From assembly GCA_043815885.1 (NCBI GenBank), contig JBDRIL010000014.1, positions 1-50,389 on the forward strand: a stretch of 50,389 nt of DNA, read 5' to 3'. Both the position numbers and the translations under genes were made by a program. This document shows, piece after piece, positions 8,808-17,977 of this stretch. The notes under the pieces are model-generated. The model was not told the DNA's origin. It ran no database searches and saw only the letters and a list, made by a program, of their open reading frames with translations. The DNA comes from an archaeon (lineage in GTDB: Archaea; Iainarchaeota; Iainarchaeia; Iainarchaeales; 1-14-0-10-31-34). Positions within the stretch are counted from its first letter, which is position 1, and each line of letters begins with the position of its first letter.

Positions 8808-9538
8808 AAAAAGTATGGCCTGTTTGGGTTCTAGCTTTATGGCTTTTATTGAATGCCCCCAAAGCCGCAAAAAATGATAGGCTTGGGCCGGAATTGCCTC
8901 CGCAACCGAAATCATTAATTGAATCTTTGAGTGCTAACCCTCACTTGTATCCCGAATTCGAGAAATTAGATAGCCTGGCTTCCCAGCCATATAAATTAAA
9001 GATTGGAAACGAAATTATGGAAAGAAAGCTGCCTAAATGGATGAAACCCTTGCTTCCTAATCTTTTAATGCTTGAGTCATCATTGGATTCTGCTGCAGTG
9101 AGCTATAAAGGAGCCAAAGGCTTAGGTCAATTGACTCAAGATGCTTTAAAAGAACTGGAAAGGGTTGGCTATAAAATTAATCCATTTAATCGGATAGAAA
9201 ACATGAAAGGGACGGTTATCCTCTTGATAGATTATGATTGGTATCTTGAAAAGTTCAGCAGTTATTATCCAAAATACCTCCCAGAAAAAAAGAGGGAATG
9301 GCTTTTAGCAGCTTTTTTTAGAGGGCAGAAAAGGGTTCTAAAACACGGAATCCCTTCAGATGCGAAATGGTATATTAAATCAATAATTAACAGAGACACT
9401 TTAAAATTTTACGAGGAAATAAAAGAAAAAAGGAAAAAGCTCTCCAAAAAACCCAAACATGACTTGAAAAAGTCTGGTAAAACTTCATTGTCCCCCGGCT
9501 ATGCCCCCAAACCTAAAGTAAGGCGAATAAGAGTCTAA
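8804..9538 (+). CDS. Lytic transglycosylase (SLT domain) with N-terminal signal/anchor
   Basis: LESS catalytic Glu motif, AVSYKGAKGLGQL, NPF...EN, LAAFFRG (AYNAG-like). Confidence 0.8.
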   Translation: MKKVWPVWVLALWLLLNAPKAAKNDRLGPELPPQPKSLIESLSANPHLYPEFEKLDSLASQPYKLKIGNEIMERKLPKWMKPLLPNLLMLESSLDSAAVSYKGAKGLGQLTQDALKELERVGYKINPFNRIENMKGTVILLIDYDWYLEKFSSYYPKYLPEKKREWLLAAFFRGQKRVLKHGIPSDAKWYIKSIINRDTLKFYEEIKEKRKKLSKKPKHDLKKSGKTSLSPGYAPKPKVRRIRV

Positions 9539-9580
9539 GCATTTGGATTTTATTTCTTTCGCAGATTGAGTTATCATTAT

Positions 9581-9973
9581 ATGCCTTTAATGGAGTCACA
9601 GATTCTGACTGAAAAAGCTGAATTAAAGTACTTGAACCTGGCGTTTGATGAAGGGGATGAAGTAATTCCTTTAATGAAGCAGGCCTTAATGGAGGCTGGA
9701 ATCGATAACGCAAAGATTGTTGGATGCAGTGGAATAATAAGGCAGGGAATAATGAATTACTTCCAGAAATCGTTTTATAAGTCCAGGGAACTCAACAATA
9801 CAAGGGTAATGAATGGTTCAGGCAGGTTTGTGAAAGAAGGAAATGATTTCAGGGGAGACTTCCATATTGCAGTCTTAATCGGAAGCCAGTACTGGAATGG
9901 AACCCTTGTAAAGGGAATTGCATCAGACGGCTTCAGCATTAGAATTGAATTCATTAGTTTTCTGACACAGTAA
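9581..9973 (+). CDS. PPC/DUF296 domain protein
   Basis: L-FDEGDEVI...I-NA-I...G...FHIAV...GTL pattern; start uncertain (9566-9590). Confidence 0.65.
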   Translation: MPLMESQILTEKAELKYLNLAFDEGDEVIPLMKQALMEAGIDNAKIVGCSGIIRQGIMNYFQKSFYKSRELNNTRVMNGSGRFVKEGNDFRGDFHIAVLIGSQYWNGTLVKGIASDGFSIRIEFISFLTQ

Positions 9974-9978
9974 TTCCC

Positions 9979-10377
9979 CTATTTTTCTCCTTTCTTGTGC
10001 CATAACCAGTAAACCATTAATTCATGTGACCTCCAGTTTCCTCCAACGCTCTTCAGGAATGTCCTTTCTTTTTTTTCTGCAATCGCATGGGCTTCCTCTT
10101 GGGTTTTAAGGCCATATCTTTCATTAAGGTATTTTTCTATGGCTTCATGTAAGCTGATTGCATGGATTGACCTCTTTCTTTCCAGCTCTTTGTCAATAAA
10201 TACAGTGTTTTTTTTCCTTGACCATTCCCCTACATGCGGTTCTCTCTTGAAAACAATTCTGTCCTTTATTTTCCTTCCATCAAACTCAAACGAGACACTA
10301 TTTTTATTGAATTCCATGTTCTTTACTGGTTCTCTCAAAAGCCTTTTCATTAAATCTTTTTTTTCTTTTTCTTTCAT
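9979..10377 (-). CDS. Hypothetical protein with HE motif (possible zincin-like)
   Basis: SLHEAIE...AHAIAE; start moved to ATG 10377 because the longer ORF overlaps tRNA-Arg. Confidence 0.65.
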   Translation of the reverse strand: MKEKEKKDLMKRLLREPVKNMEFNKNSVSFEFDGRKIKDRIVFKREPHVGEWSRKKNTVFIDKELERKRSIHAISLHEAIEKYLNERYGLKTQEEAHAIAEKKERTFLKSVGGNWRSHELMVYWLWHKKGEK

Positions 10378-10475
10378 TCCTTTAAAACAACACTGAACTA
10401 TTATAAATTTCTTTTCTTTTTTTTGTGAATTCAAATAGCTTTTTATTTCTTTTATCCTACTACTTCTTAGTGCTT

Positions 10476-10639
10476 GGACCCGTAGCCTAGTCTGGATAGG
10501 GCAACAGCCTTCTATCAACCATTGAGTAGGTTGGTTCCGCAATATGCCGGGGAATTTCATTTCATTCAATTCCCCATTAATATTGTTGTATTAATCGGAG
10601 GAAAGCTGTGGGTCGTGGGTTCGAATCCCACCGGGTCCG
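10476..10639 (+). tRNA. tRNA-Arg(TCT) with 89-nt intron at 37/38 (10515-10603)
   Basis: Acceptor GGACCCG/CGGGTCC, anticodon arm ACAGC-CT TCT A^A-GCTGT, T arm GTGGG TTCGAAT CCCAC; canonical BHB (CTTC/GAGG). Confidence 0.95.
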
Positions 10640-10691
10640 TTTTCGAGCAAAGTTTTTAAACAACTGAGTTCAATATTATATTGGCTTTGGC

Positions 10692-11447
10692 ATGATTTCT
10701 TCGAAAAAAGCTAAGGGAACTAAGTTCGGAGAATTAGTTAGGTTTAAGCGTATTGATAAATCCGGAAGGATTTTTAAGCCTACTAGACGAAAAGATTTAG
10801 GTCTTTTCGTTACTCGCAAAGGACGAGAATTCCTATTTAAGCATAAGTTGTTGGGTAAAGGAAGTCTTTTAAGAAAGGCTGACCTCACAAAAGGATTTCT
10901 TGATGGCTCACGAAAGTTGACATCAGTTAAAAAGGGAAAATCAATAATGGTTTATCTTCATGAAGGCAAGACAAGAAGACCTTTTTTTGTTTTAGAGAAA
11001 ATTAAAGTAAAAGAAATGAAGGAATGCCAGGAAGTCATTAATAAAATAAATTCATTGAAATTAGAAGGCCCTAAGTTTGTCCTTAAACCAATAGATGTAT
11101 ATTTCGTGGAAAAGACTCATAATGGTGTTCATCTCGCTAGAAAATTTTATAGAGAACCCACTGTGAGGGAAATGGAGGAATATTTATTAAGTGAAAGAGG
11201 GCCTATTGAAGATGAAACAGCGAGAAGCTTTGAAAGAAAATATGGAAACCTATTTTCTTCGATATTTTCTGACACAAAGCCAGGGGAATTAATAGGGGCA
11301 TCCTTTGAAGCCTACACTAAACTAAAAAAATTTAGGGATACCAATAAATTAAAATTCAACATAACTGACTCTAATGTCATTGTTACAGGTTTTGATCCTT
11401 TAAAAAGAAGATTTACTTTTATTTTCAAGGGAATGATAAACAAGTAA
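10692..11447 (+). CDS. Hypothetical basic protein, possible degenerate kinase-like fold
   Basis: 251-aa ORF; NITDSNVIV resembles a catalytic-loop DxxxxN lacking Asp. Confidence 0.65.
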   Translation: MISSKKAKGTKFGELVRFKRIDKSGRIFKPTRRKDLGLFVTRKGREFLFKHKLLGKGSLLRKADLTKGFLDGSRKLTSVKKGKSIMVYLHEGKTRRPFFVLEKIKVKEMKECQEVINKINSLKLEGPKFVLKPIDVYFVEKTHNGVHLARKFYREPTVREMEEYLLSERGPIEDETARSFERKYGNLFSSIFSDTKPGELIGASFEAYTKLKKFRDTNKLKFNITDSNVIVTGFDPLKRRFTFIFKGMINK

Positions 11448-11644
11448 AAAATAACTGATTCTTGTTGAGTGAATTTAGGGGGAAGCAAGATACTTTAAAT
11501 AAAATGACTTTCTTTAGATATCTTATTAAGTGATAAGATTTGGATTAGCAGGACTGAAGTTTGTGAAAAGCTTTAGATTCTATAAGAAAAATAATAGATT
11601 TTTAAGGAACTTCGTATTATTTAAATCTTGAGGAGTTAAGACCA

Positions 11645-13366
11645 ATGGATTTTAAGAATAAAATAGCAGAGTTATTGGAGAAAAGCATTTCTCTTAAGGA
11701 TTTCTCTAGTGAAAAGATTGCTTTGCTTTTGGAAACCCCTCCTTCAAGTGAATTGGGCGACTTGAGTTTTCCCTGCTTCAAGCTTTCTTCTGCTTTAAAG
11801 AAGAAACCTGATGTAATTGCTTTGGATTTAAAGAAAGAGTTAGAGAAAGAAAAAGAAAAATTAATTGAGAGAATTGAGGTTAAAGGGTCTTACCTTAATT
11901 TTTTTCTGGATTACTCTTTTGTTGCTTCTGAATTGATTCCGCTCATTTTAAAGGAAAAAGAAAAGTATGGAAGTAATTCTAGTGGAAAGGGAAGAAAGGC
12001 AATGGTGGAGTACTCTGCTCCCAACACCAATAAGCCTCTTACTTTAGGCCATTTAAGGAATGACTCTATTGGAATGGCTGTAAGCAATCTGTATGAAGCA
12101 AATGGATGTAGTGTAATCAGAGCAAACCTTTACTCTAACAGAGGAATTCATATCTGTAATTCATTGCTTGGATACATGAAGTGGGGAAAAGGAAAAAAAC
12201 CAGACATTAAACCGGACCATTTTGTTGGAAAATTTTATGTAATGTTTCACCAGAAAGCAAAGGAACAGCCTGAACTGGAGAAGGAAGCCTTTGAGTTACT
12301 GAGTAAATGGGAGAAGAAAGACAAAGAGATTAGAGAGTTATGGAAGCAGATGGATGAATGGGTGATTAAGGGATTTAAGGAAACCTATAAGGAATTTGGT
12401 TCAGTGTTTGATGTTGAATTCAAGGAATCAGACTTTTACGATAAAGCAAAACCATTAATTGAATCAGGATTAAAGAAAGGAGTCTTCATTAAAACCGATG
12501 AAGGGGCAATTGAAGCCAGTCTCGGAAAATACGGATTGAATAAGAAAGCAATTCTCAGAGCTGATGGAACCTCGATTTACATTACAAATGATTTGGCTTT
12601 AACAAAGCATAAATTCGAGAAATTCAAGCCGGATAAGGCTTTGTGGGTTGTTGGTTCAGAGCAAAATTTTTACTTTAAGCAGTTATTCAAGATTCTTGAA
12701 TTGCTTGGTTTTGAGTGGGCAAGGAAATGCGTTCACTTGAGTTATGGAATGGTTTACCTTCCTGAAGGGGTAATGAAGAGCAGGGAAGGAATCGTGGTTG
12801 ATGCAGATGCAATAATTAATGAAATGAAGGAACTGGCAAAAAAAGAAATACTTAAAAGGCATAAAGACTTGAATGAAAAGAAATTACAGGAGAGAGCAAA
12901 GGCAATTGGTTTGGGGGCAATAAAATTCTATCTCCTAAAAATTGATCCAGTCAAGGACATTTATTTTGATCCAGAGAAAAGCATTTCTTTAGAGGGAGAA
13001 ACAGCCTCATTCATTCAATACGCTTTCGCTAGATGCAGCAGTATTCTGAAGAAAGCCAAAGCAAAAATTGATTCAAAAAACATTGATTTCTCTTTGCTTG
13101 ATTCAGTTCAGGAAAAGAATTTATTGACCCTTCTTTCAAGGTATCCTTCTGTAATAGCCTCTTCACTCAATTCATTGAATCCCTCAATACTCTGTCATTA
13201 CCTGCTTGAATTGGCTTCTTCCTTTAATGCTTTCTACAGGGACTGCAAGGTATTGGAGGCAGAGGAAGAAAAAAGAAAGGCAAGGATTTCTTTGGTTGAG
13301 GGAACTTCAATTGTTTTAAAGAATGGTTTAAGCGTTATTGGAATTAATGCAGTGGAGGAAATGTAA
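11645..13366 (+). CDS. argS: Arginine--tRNA ligase
   Basis: VEYSAPNTNKPLTLGHLRN, RADGTSIY, MKSREG, C-terminal DALR domain; SD GAGGAG. Confidence 0.97.
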   Translation: MDFKNKIAELLEKSISLKDFSSEKIALLLETPPSSELGDLSFPCFKLSSALKKKPDVIALDLKKELEKEKEKLIERIEVKGSYLNFFLDYSFVASELIPLILKEKEKYGSNSSGKGRKAMVEYSAPNTNKPLTLGHLRNDSIGMAVSNLYEANGCSVIRANLYSNRGIHICNSLLGYMKWGKGKKPDIKPDHFVGKFYVMFHQKAKEQPELEKEAFELLSKWEKKDKEIRELWKQMDEWVIKGFKETYKEFGSVFDVEFKESDFYDKAKPLIESGLKKGVFIKTDEGAIEASLGKYGLNKKAILRADGTSIYITNDLALTKHKFEKFKPDKALWVVGSEQNFYFKQLFKILELLGFEWARKCVHLSYGMVYLPEGVMKSREGIVVDADAIINEMKELAKKEILKRHKDLNEKKLQERAKAIGLGAIKFYLLKIDPVKDIYFDPEKSISLEGETASFIQYAFARCSSILKKAKAKIDSKNIDFSLLDSVQEKNLLTLLSRYPSVIASSLNSLNPSILCHYLLELASSFNAFYRDCKVLEAEEEKRKARISLVEGTSIVLKNGLSVIGINAVEEM

Positions 13367-13414
13367 TTAAATAGTTTGTGACATAAATTATTTTTCATTC
13401 AGAGAGTTTTTTTT

Positions 13415-15115
13415 ATGAGTGCAAAAGCATTAAATTACAAGTCAATGCTTAAAACATTGTTAGCTAATTCTAAGCCATTTAATTCAAGTCAAAAGAAACT
13501 CATTGAAAAAGCTTTCTGGTTTTCCAGGAAAGCCCATGAAAAACAGTTAAGGCTTTCAGGGGAAGCTTTTTTTGTTCATCCCTTTAATACTGCACTGATT
13601 CTAAGCAAGTATAAACTGCCTCCTGAAATCATTGTCACTGCATTACTTCATGACGTATTGGAGGATACAGCAGTTACTCCTTCAGAATTGGAAGAGAATT
13701 TCGGTAAAAGAATTCGTGATTTAGTGGAATCATTAACTGAATTGAGTTTAATAGTGGATAAAACCAGAGAAGAAAGAAGAATGTCCTCTCTCCAGAGAGC
13801 ATTGTTTGCTTCAACCAGGGACGTAAGAGTAATCTTGATTAAGTTGGCTGACAAACTCCATAACCTTCGAACCCTGAAGTATTTCCCTAAATCAAAACAA
13901 GTGCAGATAGCCCAAGAAGCTCTTGAAGTTTACGCGCCAATAGCTGAAAAACTTGAATTAACTCAGTTCAGGAAAGAAATCCAGGACATTTGTTTTTCTT
14001 TGACGAAACCAAAAATCTGTTCAAAGATAAAGAAGAAGATGGAGGAAAAATCAAAAAATAAGAAAAAAGAAATGGATCTCTTAATAAAGAAATTAAGGCC
14101 TGAGTTAAAGAAATCAAGAATTGAAGCCAGATTCATTAAAAGAGACAGAGACCCATATCAGGTATTCCAGAAGATGACTAAAACCTTTAAGTCCTTAAAT
14201 GAAATCTATGATTGCGTGTTTTTAGTTATAATTACTGATTCTATTCCTCAATGCTATGAAGTTCTTGGAATAATTCACACTCTTTACAAGCCCCTTCCCT
14301 TGAAGTTCAAGGATTACATTGCTATCCCTCAATCCAGTTTGTATCAATCCATTCATACTGCAGTAATTGGCCCAAAAGGAAAACCTATTAAGATTTATAT
14401 TCGGACAAACGAAATGGAAGAGAAAACCCAGAAGGGAATCTTGTTTTTGGTAGAGAGACATGGAGACATAAAAGAAACGAGTTCCCTGTTATACAATTTA
14501 ACGGAGTTAGATATGCATTCCCTGGATGACAGTGAATTCATGGATTTATTGAAGGAAGACTTGTTGGAGGACAGGATATTTGTTTTTTCTGATAAAGGGG
14601 AAATGATTGAACTGCCTAAGGATTCCACCCCGATTGATTTTGCTTTCCATATTGATCCAGCTCTTGGAAAGAAGGCATTGAGGTCAGTGGTTAATGGAAG
14701 AATTGTTCCATTATGGCATAAATTAAGGAACGGGGATATAGTGGAAGTGATTCCTTCTTCAAAGGAACGAAGGGATGTTACATGGTTAGGCTTCACTAAA
14801 TCACATAAAGCGAGAAAAGAAATAACCAGAATGATTAAAGAAAAAAAACCCAATAATAAAAAAGTGCGTTCAACCCTTGTTAACGTTAAGTTCAAGGTCC
14901 TTAACAGGATTGGAATGCTTCATGATTTGACTGGAGCTTTTGCTTCCCATAACGTTAACCTTGTTTCTGTCAGTATGCATTCCGCACCCAAAACAACCTT
15001 AACAGACGGAACAGTAACAGTTGAAGTGACTTCCCCAAAAAAATTTGAACGCACAATAAATAAACTCAAAAAACTTAAAGGAGTAATGGAAGTTCAAACC
15101 AGTTACTTGACGTAA
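13415..15115 (+). CDS. spoT: Long RelA/SpoT homolog (HD-SYNTH-TGS-ACT); hydrolase intact, synthetase degenerate
   Basis: AHxxQxRxSGE, LLHDVLEDT, KLADKLHN; KDYIAxP...YQSIHT; TGS TPIDFAFHI...VNGRIVPL; C-terminal ACT NRIGMLHD. Confidence 0.92.
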   Translation: MSAKALNYKSMLKTLLANSKPFNSSQKKLIEKAFWFSRKAHEKQLRLSGEAFFVHPFNTALILSKYKLPPEIIVTALLHDVLEDTAVTPSELEENFGKRIRDLVESLTELSLIVDKTREERRMSSLQRALFASTRDVRVILIKLADKLHNLRTLKYFPKSKQVQIAQEALEVYAPIAEKLELTQFRKEIQDICFSLTKPKICSKIKKKMEEKSKNKKKEMDLLIKKLRPELKKSRIEARFIKRDRDPYQVFQKMTKTFKSLNEIYDCVFLVIITDSIPQCYEVLGIIHTLYKPLPLKFKDYIAIPQSSLYQSIHTAVIGPKGKPIKIYIRTNEMEEKTQKGILFLVERHGDIKETSSLLYNLTELDMHSLDDSEFMDLLKEDLLEDRIFVFSDKGEMIELPKDSTPIDFAFHIDPALGKKALRSVVNGRIVPLWHKLRNGDIVEVIPSSKERRDVTWLGFTKSHKARKEITRMIKEKKPNNKKVRSTLVNVKFKVLNRIGMLHDLTGAFASHNVNLVSVSMHSAPKTTLTDGTVTVEVTSPKKFERTINKLKKLKGVMEVQTSYLT

Positions 15116-15119
15116 AACT

Positions 15120-16877
15120 CTATTTCTTCAGTACTGCCCTTATTCTTCTTGTGTCGGCTCCAATGGATTCCTCTTTTATTATCCTGAATTCGCCTAATTC
15201 CTTTGTGTTTTTTACGTGCGGGCCAGCACACACTTCTTTGCTGAATCCTCCAATCGAGTAAACTGAAACCTTTTCACCGTATTTAGCGTCAAAGAAAGCC
15301 AGAGCCTTCTCCTTCCTTGCTTCTTCCAAACTCTTTTCCTCTCTTTTTACGAGCAATCCTTTTCTTATCTGTTCATTCACTATTTTCTCTACTTCCCTTA
15401 AGTGTTCCTTTGAAATTTTTTCAGGAAAAGAAAAATCAAACCTCAGCCTTTCAGCAGTAATATTGGAGCCCTTTTGTTTCACTCTCTCTCCCAATACCTT
15501 TCTTAATGCAGAATGAAGCAAATGCGTTGCAGTATGCAATTCAATTGTTTCCTTCTCCTTATCAGCCAGTCCTGACTTGAATCTCTTTTCTGTTGCCTTT
15601 CTTGAAATTTCCTGATGCTTCCTGAATTCTTCCTTGAATTCTCTTTCATTCACTTTAATTCCTTTTTCTTTTGCCAACTCCATTGTCATTTCCAGTGGAA
15701 ATCCATGAGACTGAAATAAAAGAAAAGCGTCATTTCCGGTTACAACCTTATTTCTTTCAATTATTTTACTGAAAATTTTCAATCCCTTTTCCAGTGCTTT
15801 AGAGAATTTTTCTTCCTCTTTCCCCAATTCCTCTAAAATGAATTCTCTATTCTTCTCTAATTCAGGCCATTCCCTTTCATTCAATTTAATGAACTCCTGA
15901 ACAATTTCCTTGCAGAAGTTTTCCTTTATCCCAATAAGCCTTCCATGCCTTATTGCTCTCCTGATTAATCTCCTTAAAACATATCCTCTGTCCAGATTGC
16001 TTGGAATTACTTTCTTCTCTGCCAAAATAAATGTAGCTGAACGCAAATGGTCAGCAATAATTTTCTTTGATTTTTCATCCCCTTTTTCTCCTAATTCATT
16101 TAATTTATTCATTACAGGGGAAAAGAATTTTGTTTCAAATACAGTGCTTTTTCCCTGAAGCATTGCAATTGTTCTCTCTGCCCCCATTCCAGTATCCACG
16201 TTCTTTTGCTTTAATTGTTCGTATTTTCCTTTCCTTGTCTTATTGTATTCCATGAATACATCATTCCATATCTCAAAGTACTTTCCGCAATTGCATCCAG
16301 GCCTGCACTCAGCAGAACATTTCTTTTTTCCTGTATCATAAAATATTTCTGTGTCAGGACCGCAAGGACCTGTTTCTCCTACCGGCCCCCACCAGTTTTC
16401 TTCCTTTGAAAGAAAGAAAATCCTTTCCTCTGGAATTCCAATTTCCTTCCATACCTTAAATGATTCCTCATCTCTTGGCGCGTCCTTGTCCCCCTTGAAT
16501 AGCGTTACATAAATTCTCTCTTTCTCCAATCCCAGCCATTTTTTGGATGTAAGGAATTCATAACTCATTTCAATTGCTTCTCTCTTGAAGTAGTCTCCCA
16601 GACTCCAGTTGCCTAGCATCAAGAAAAAGGTTAAGTGGCTGGCATCGCCTACTTCTTCAATATCATTTGTCCTCAGGCATTTCTGTACATTCGCTAACCT
16701 TTTTCCCATTGGATGTTTTTCTCCCATTAAAAATGGAATCAATGGATGCATTCCAGCAGTAGTGAATAAAACGCTTGGGTCATCCTCCGGAATAAGTGAT
16801 GCAGAAGGAATTACTGCATGCTTTCTTTCCTTAAAGTAATCCAGGAATTTCCTGATTAATTCCTCATGATCCCACAT
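15120..16877 (-). CDS. alaS: Alanine--tRNA ligase, short form lacking the C-Ala domain
   Basis: LFTTAGM, QKCLRTND, MLGNWSLGDYFK, DTGMG, editing motifs HTATHLLH and CAGPH. Confidence 0.96.
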   Translation of the reverse strand: MWDHEELIRKFLDYFKERKHAVIPSASLIPEDDPSVLFTTAGMHPLIPFLMGEKHPMGKRLANVQKCLRTNDIEEVGDASHLTFFLMLGNWSLGDYFKREAIEMSYEFLTSKKWLGLEKERIYVTLFKGDKDAPRDEESFKVWKEIGIPEERIFFLSKEENWWGPVGETGPCGPDTEIFYDTGKKKCSAECRPGCNCGKYFEIWNDVFMEYNKTRKGKYEQLKQKNVDTGMGAERTIAMLQGKSTVFETKFFSPVMNKLNELGEKGDEKSKKIIADHLRSATFILAEKKVIPSNLDRGYVLRRLIRRAIRHGRLIGIKENFCKEIVQEFIKLNEREWPELEKNREFILEELGKEEEKFSKALEKGLKIFSKIIERNKVVTGNDAFLLFQSHGFPLEMTMELAKEKGIKVNEREFKEEFRKHQEISRKATEKRFKSGLADKEKETIELHTATHLLHSALRKVLGERVKQKGSNITAERLRFDFSFPEKISKEHLREVEKIVNEQIRKGLLVKREEKSLEEARKEKALAFFDAKYGEKVSVYSIGGFSKEVCAGPHVKNTKELGEFRIIKEESIGADTRRIRAVLKK

Positions 16878-16938
16878 AATAAAAAGAAAATCAATAATAA
16901 CAAATAAAAAGAGTTGTTTTCAAGAGGTAATAGGCAGT

Positions 16939-17412
16939 ATGAATAAGATAATTAAATTGATTGCTTTCATTGTCTTCTGTGAATTGGTCGGAATAATTGG
17001 CTCTTTCTTTACTGCTCCATCCATTACTTCCTGGTATGCTGCAATCCAGAAACCCTTTTTTACCCCGCCTAACTGGGTTTTTGCTCCTGTATGGACAACC
17101 CTGTTCCTCTTAATGGGAATCTCGCTCTACCTTGTATGGGAAAAAGGCTTAAGCGATAGAAAAGTAAGAATAGCTTTATCTGTTTTCGGAATCCAGTTAA
17201 TCCTCAATATTGTTTGGTCGCTGCTATTTTTCGGTTTGCAGAATCCTTTCCTTGCATTCATTGAAATAATCCTTTTATGGATTTCAATCCTTGCAACAAT
17301 AATCCTTTTTTACAGGATTTCAGTTAAAGCTTCAATCCTGCTCATCCCCTATATTGTTTGGGTTAGCATTGCAGCCTTGCTTAATTACAGTGTATGGATA
17401 TTAAATCCGTAA
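16939..17412 (+). CDS. tspO: TspO/MBR family tryptophan-rich sensory protein
   Basis: WYxxIxKPxFTPPNWVFAPVWTTL, LNIVWS, LLIPYIVWVSIA. Confidence 0.95.
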   Translation: MNKIIKLIAFIVFCELVGIIGSFFTAPSITSWYAAIQKPFFTPPNWVFAPVWTTLFLLMGISLYLVWEKGLSDRKVRIALSVFGIQLILNIVWSLLFFGLQNPFLAFIEIILLWISILATIILFYRISVKASILLIPYIVWVSIAALLNYSVWILNP

Positions 17413-17449
17413 AAGAAACAGTAATTTTCCGAGCCCTAGCGGCTTATTA

Positions 17450-17621
17450 GTGCGAAGCACGTACTACTGACCGAAGGGAAGTGTACTTGGCAGTTTTGCC
17501 GAAGGCAAATCCTACTACCGACTGAAAGGAGACAGTAGTGAAAAGTGCCAACTGATAATTTTCAGTTTATGGGGTATCTCAGATACCCCGACGCTGTAAG
17601 CGTAAACCGATTTGCGGTTTT
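17450..17621. repeat. Cluster of short GC-rich hairpins, several with GAA triloops
   Basis: GTGC-GAA-GCAC, ACT-GA-CC-GAA-GG-GA-AGT, TTTGCC-GAA-GGCAAA, GGGGTATCT-C-AGATACCCC, AAACCG/CGGTTT. Confidence 0.65.
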
Positions 17622-17938
17622 TGTTGAGCAGTGAGGAGTAAGCCGTCTTTTGTTCGCCAAAAAAAAATTAATTTTTTTGGTTACCAGCATTCACCTGAGC
17701 GCCATTGAAGGCTTGCACCAGCTTCCAGCGCGTTTCATCCTGATTCAAGGAAAAACTCTTTTTCCAGTCATCGTTTTTTTTTGTTCCTTGAATTGGTGTC
17801 GTTTCTGTTCCGGAAGCCACCCTTTCAGGTGTTTTAATTACAAACTCCATGAGTTTGCGGTGGACGGACTTTCCTCAACAGCTTTTTCCCAAAAAGCTGG
17901 CAAAAAGCCATCGGCAGCCGGTCTCTCACTACTCAACA
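17622..17938 (-). ncRNA. rnpB: Archaeal RNase P RNA (compact variant)
   Basis: GAGGAAAGTCC (CR-I), ACAGAAAC and TGAAAC (CR-II/III), AACAAAAGACGGCTTA (CR-V), P1 pairing TGTTGAGTAGTGAG/CTCACTGCTCAACA; TATA-like box near 17961-17970. Confidence 0.92.
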
Positions 17939-17977
17939 TTAACAATTATATTTAGAATTATATTTAAATTTATTGAA

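Noticed and set aside
10378..10569. N-terminal extension of ORF 9979-10569
   Set aside because: Overlaps tRNA-Arg and its promoter on the opposite strand
17650..17955. ORFs 17650-17955, 17668-17850 and the 5' part of 17849-18043
   Set aside because: They overlap the RNase P RNA gene
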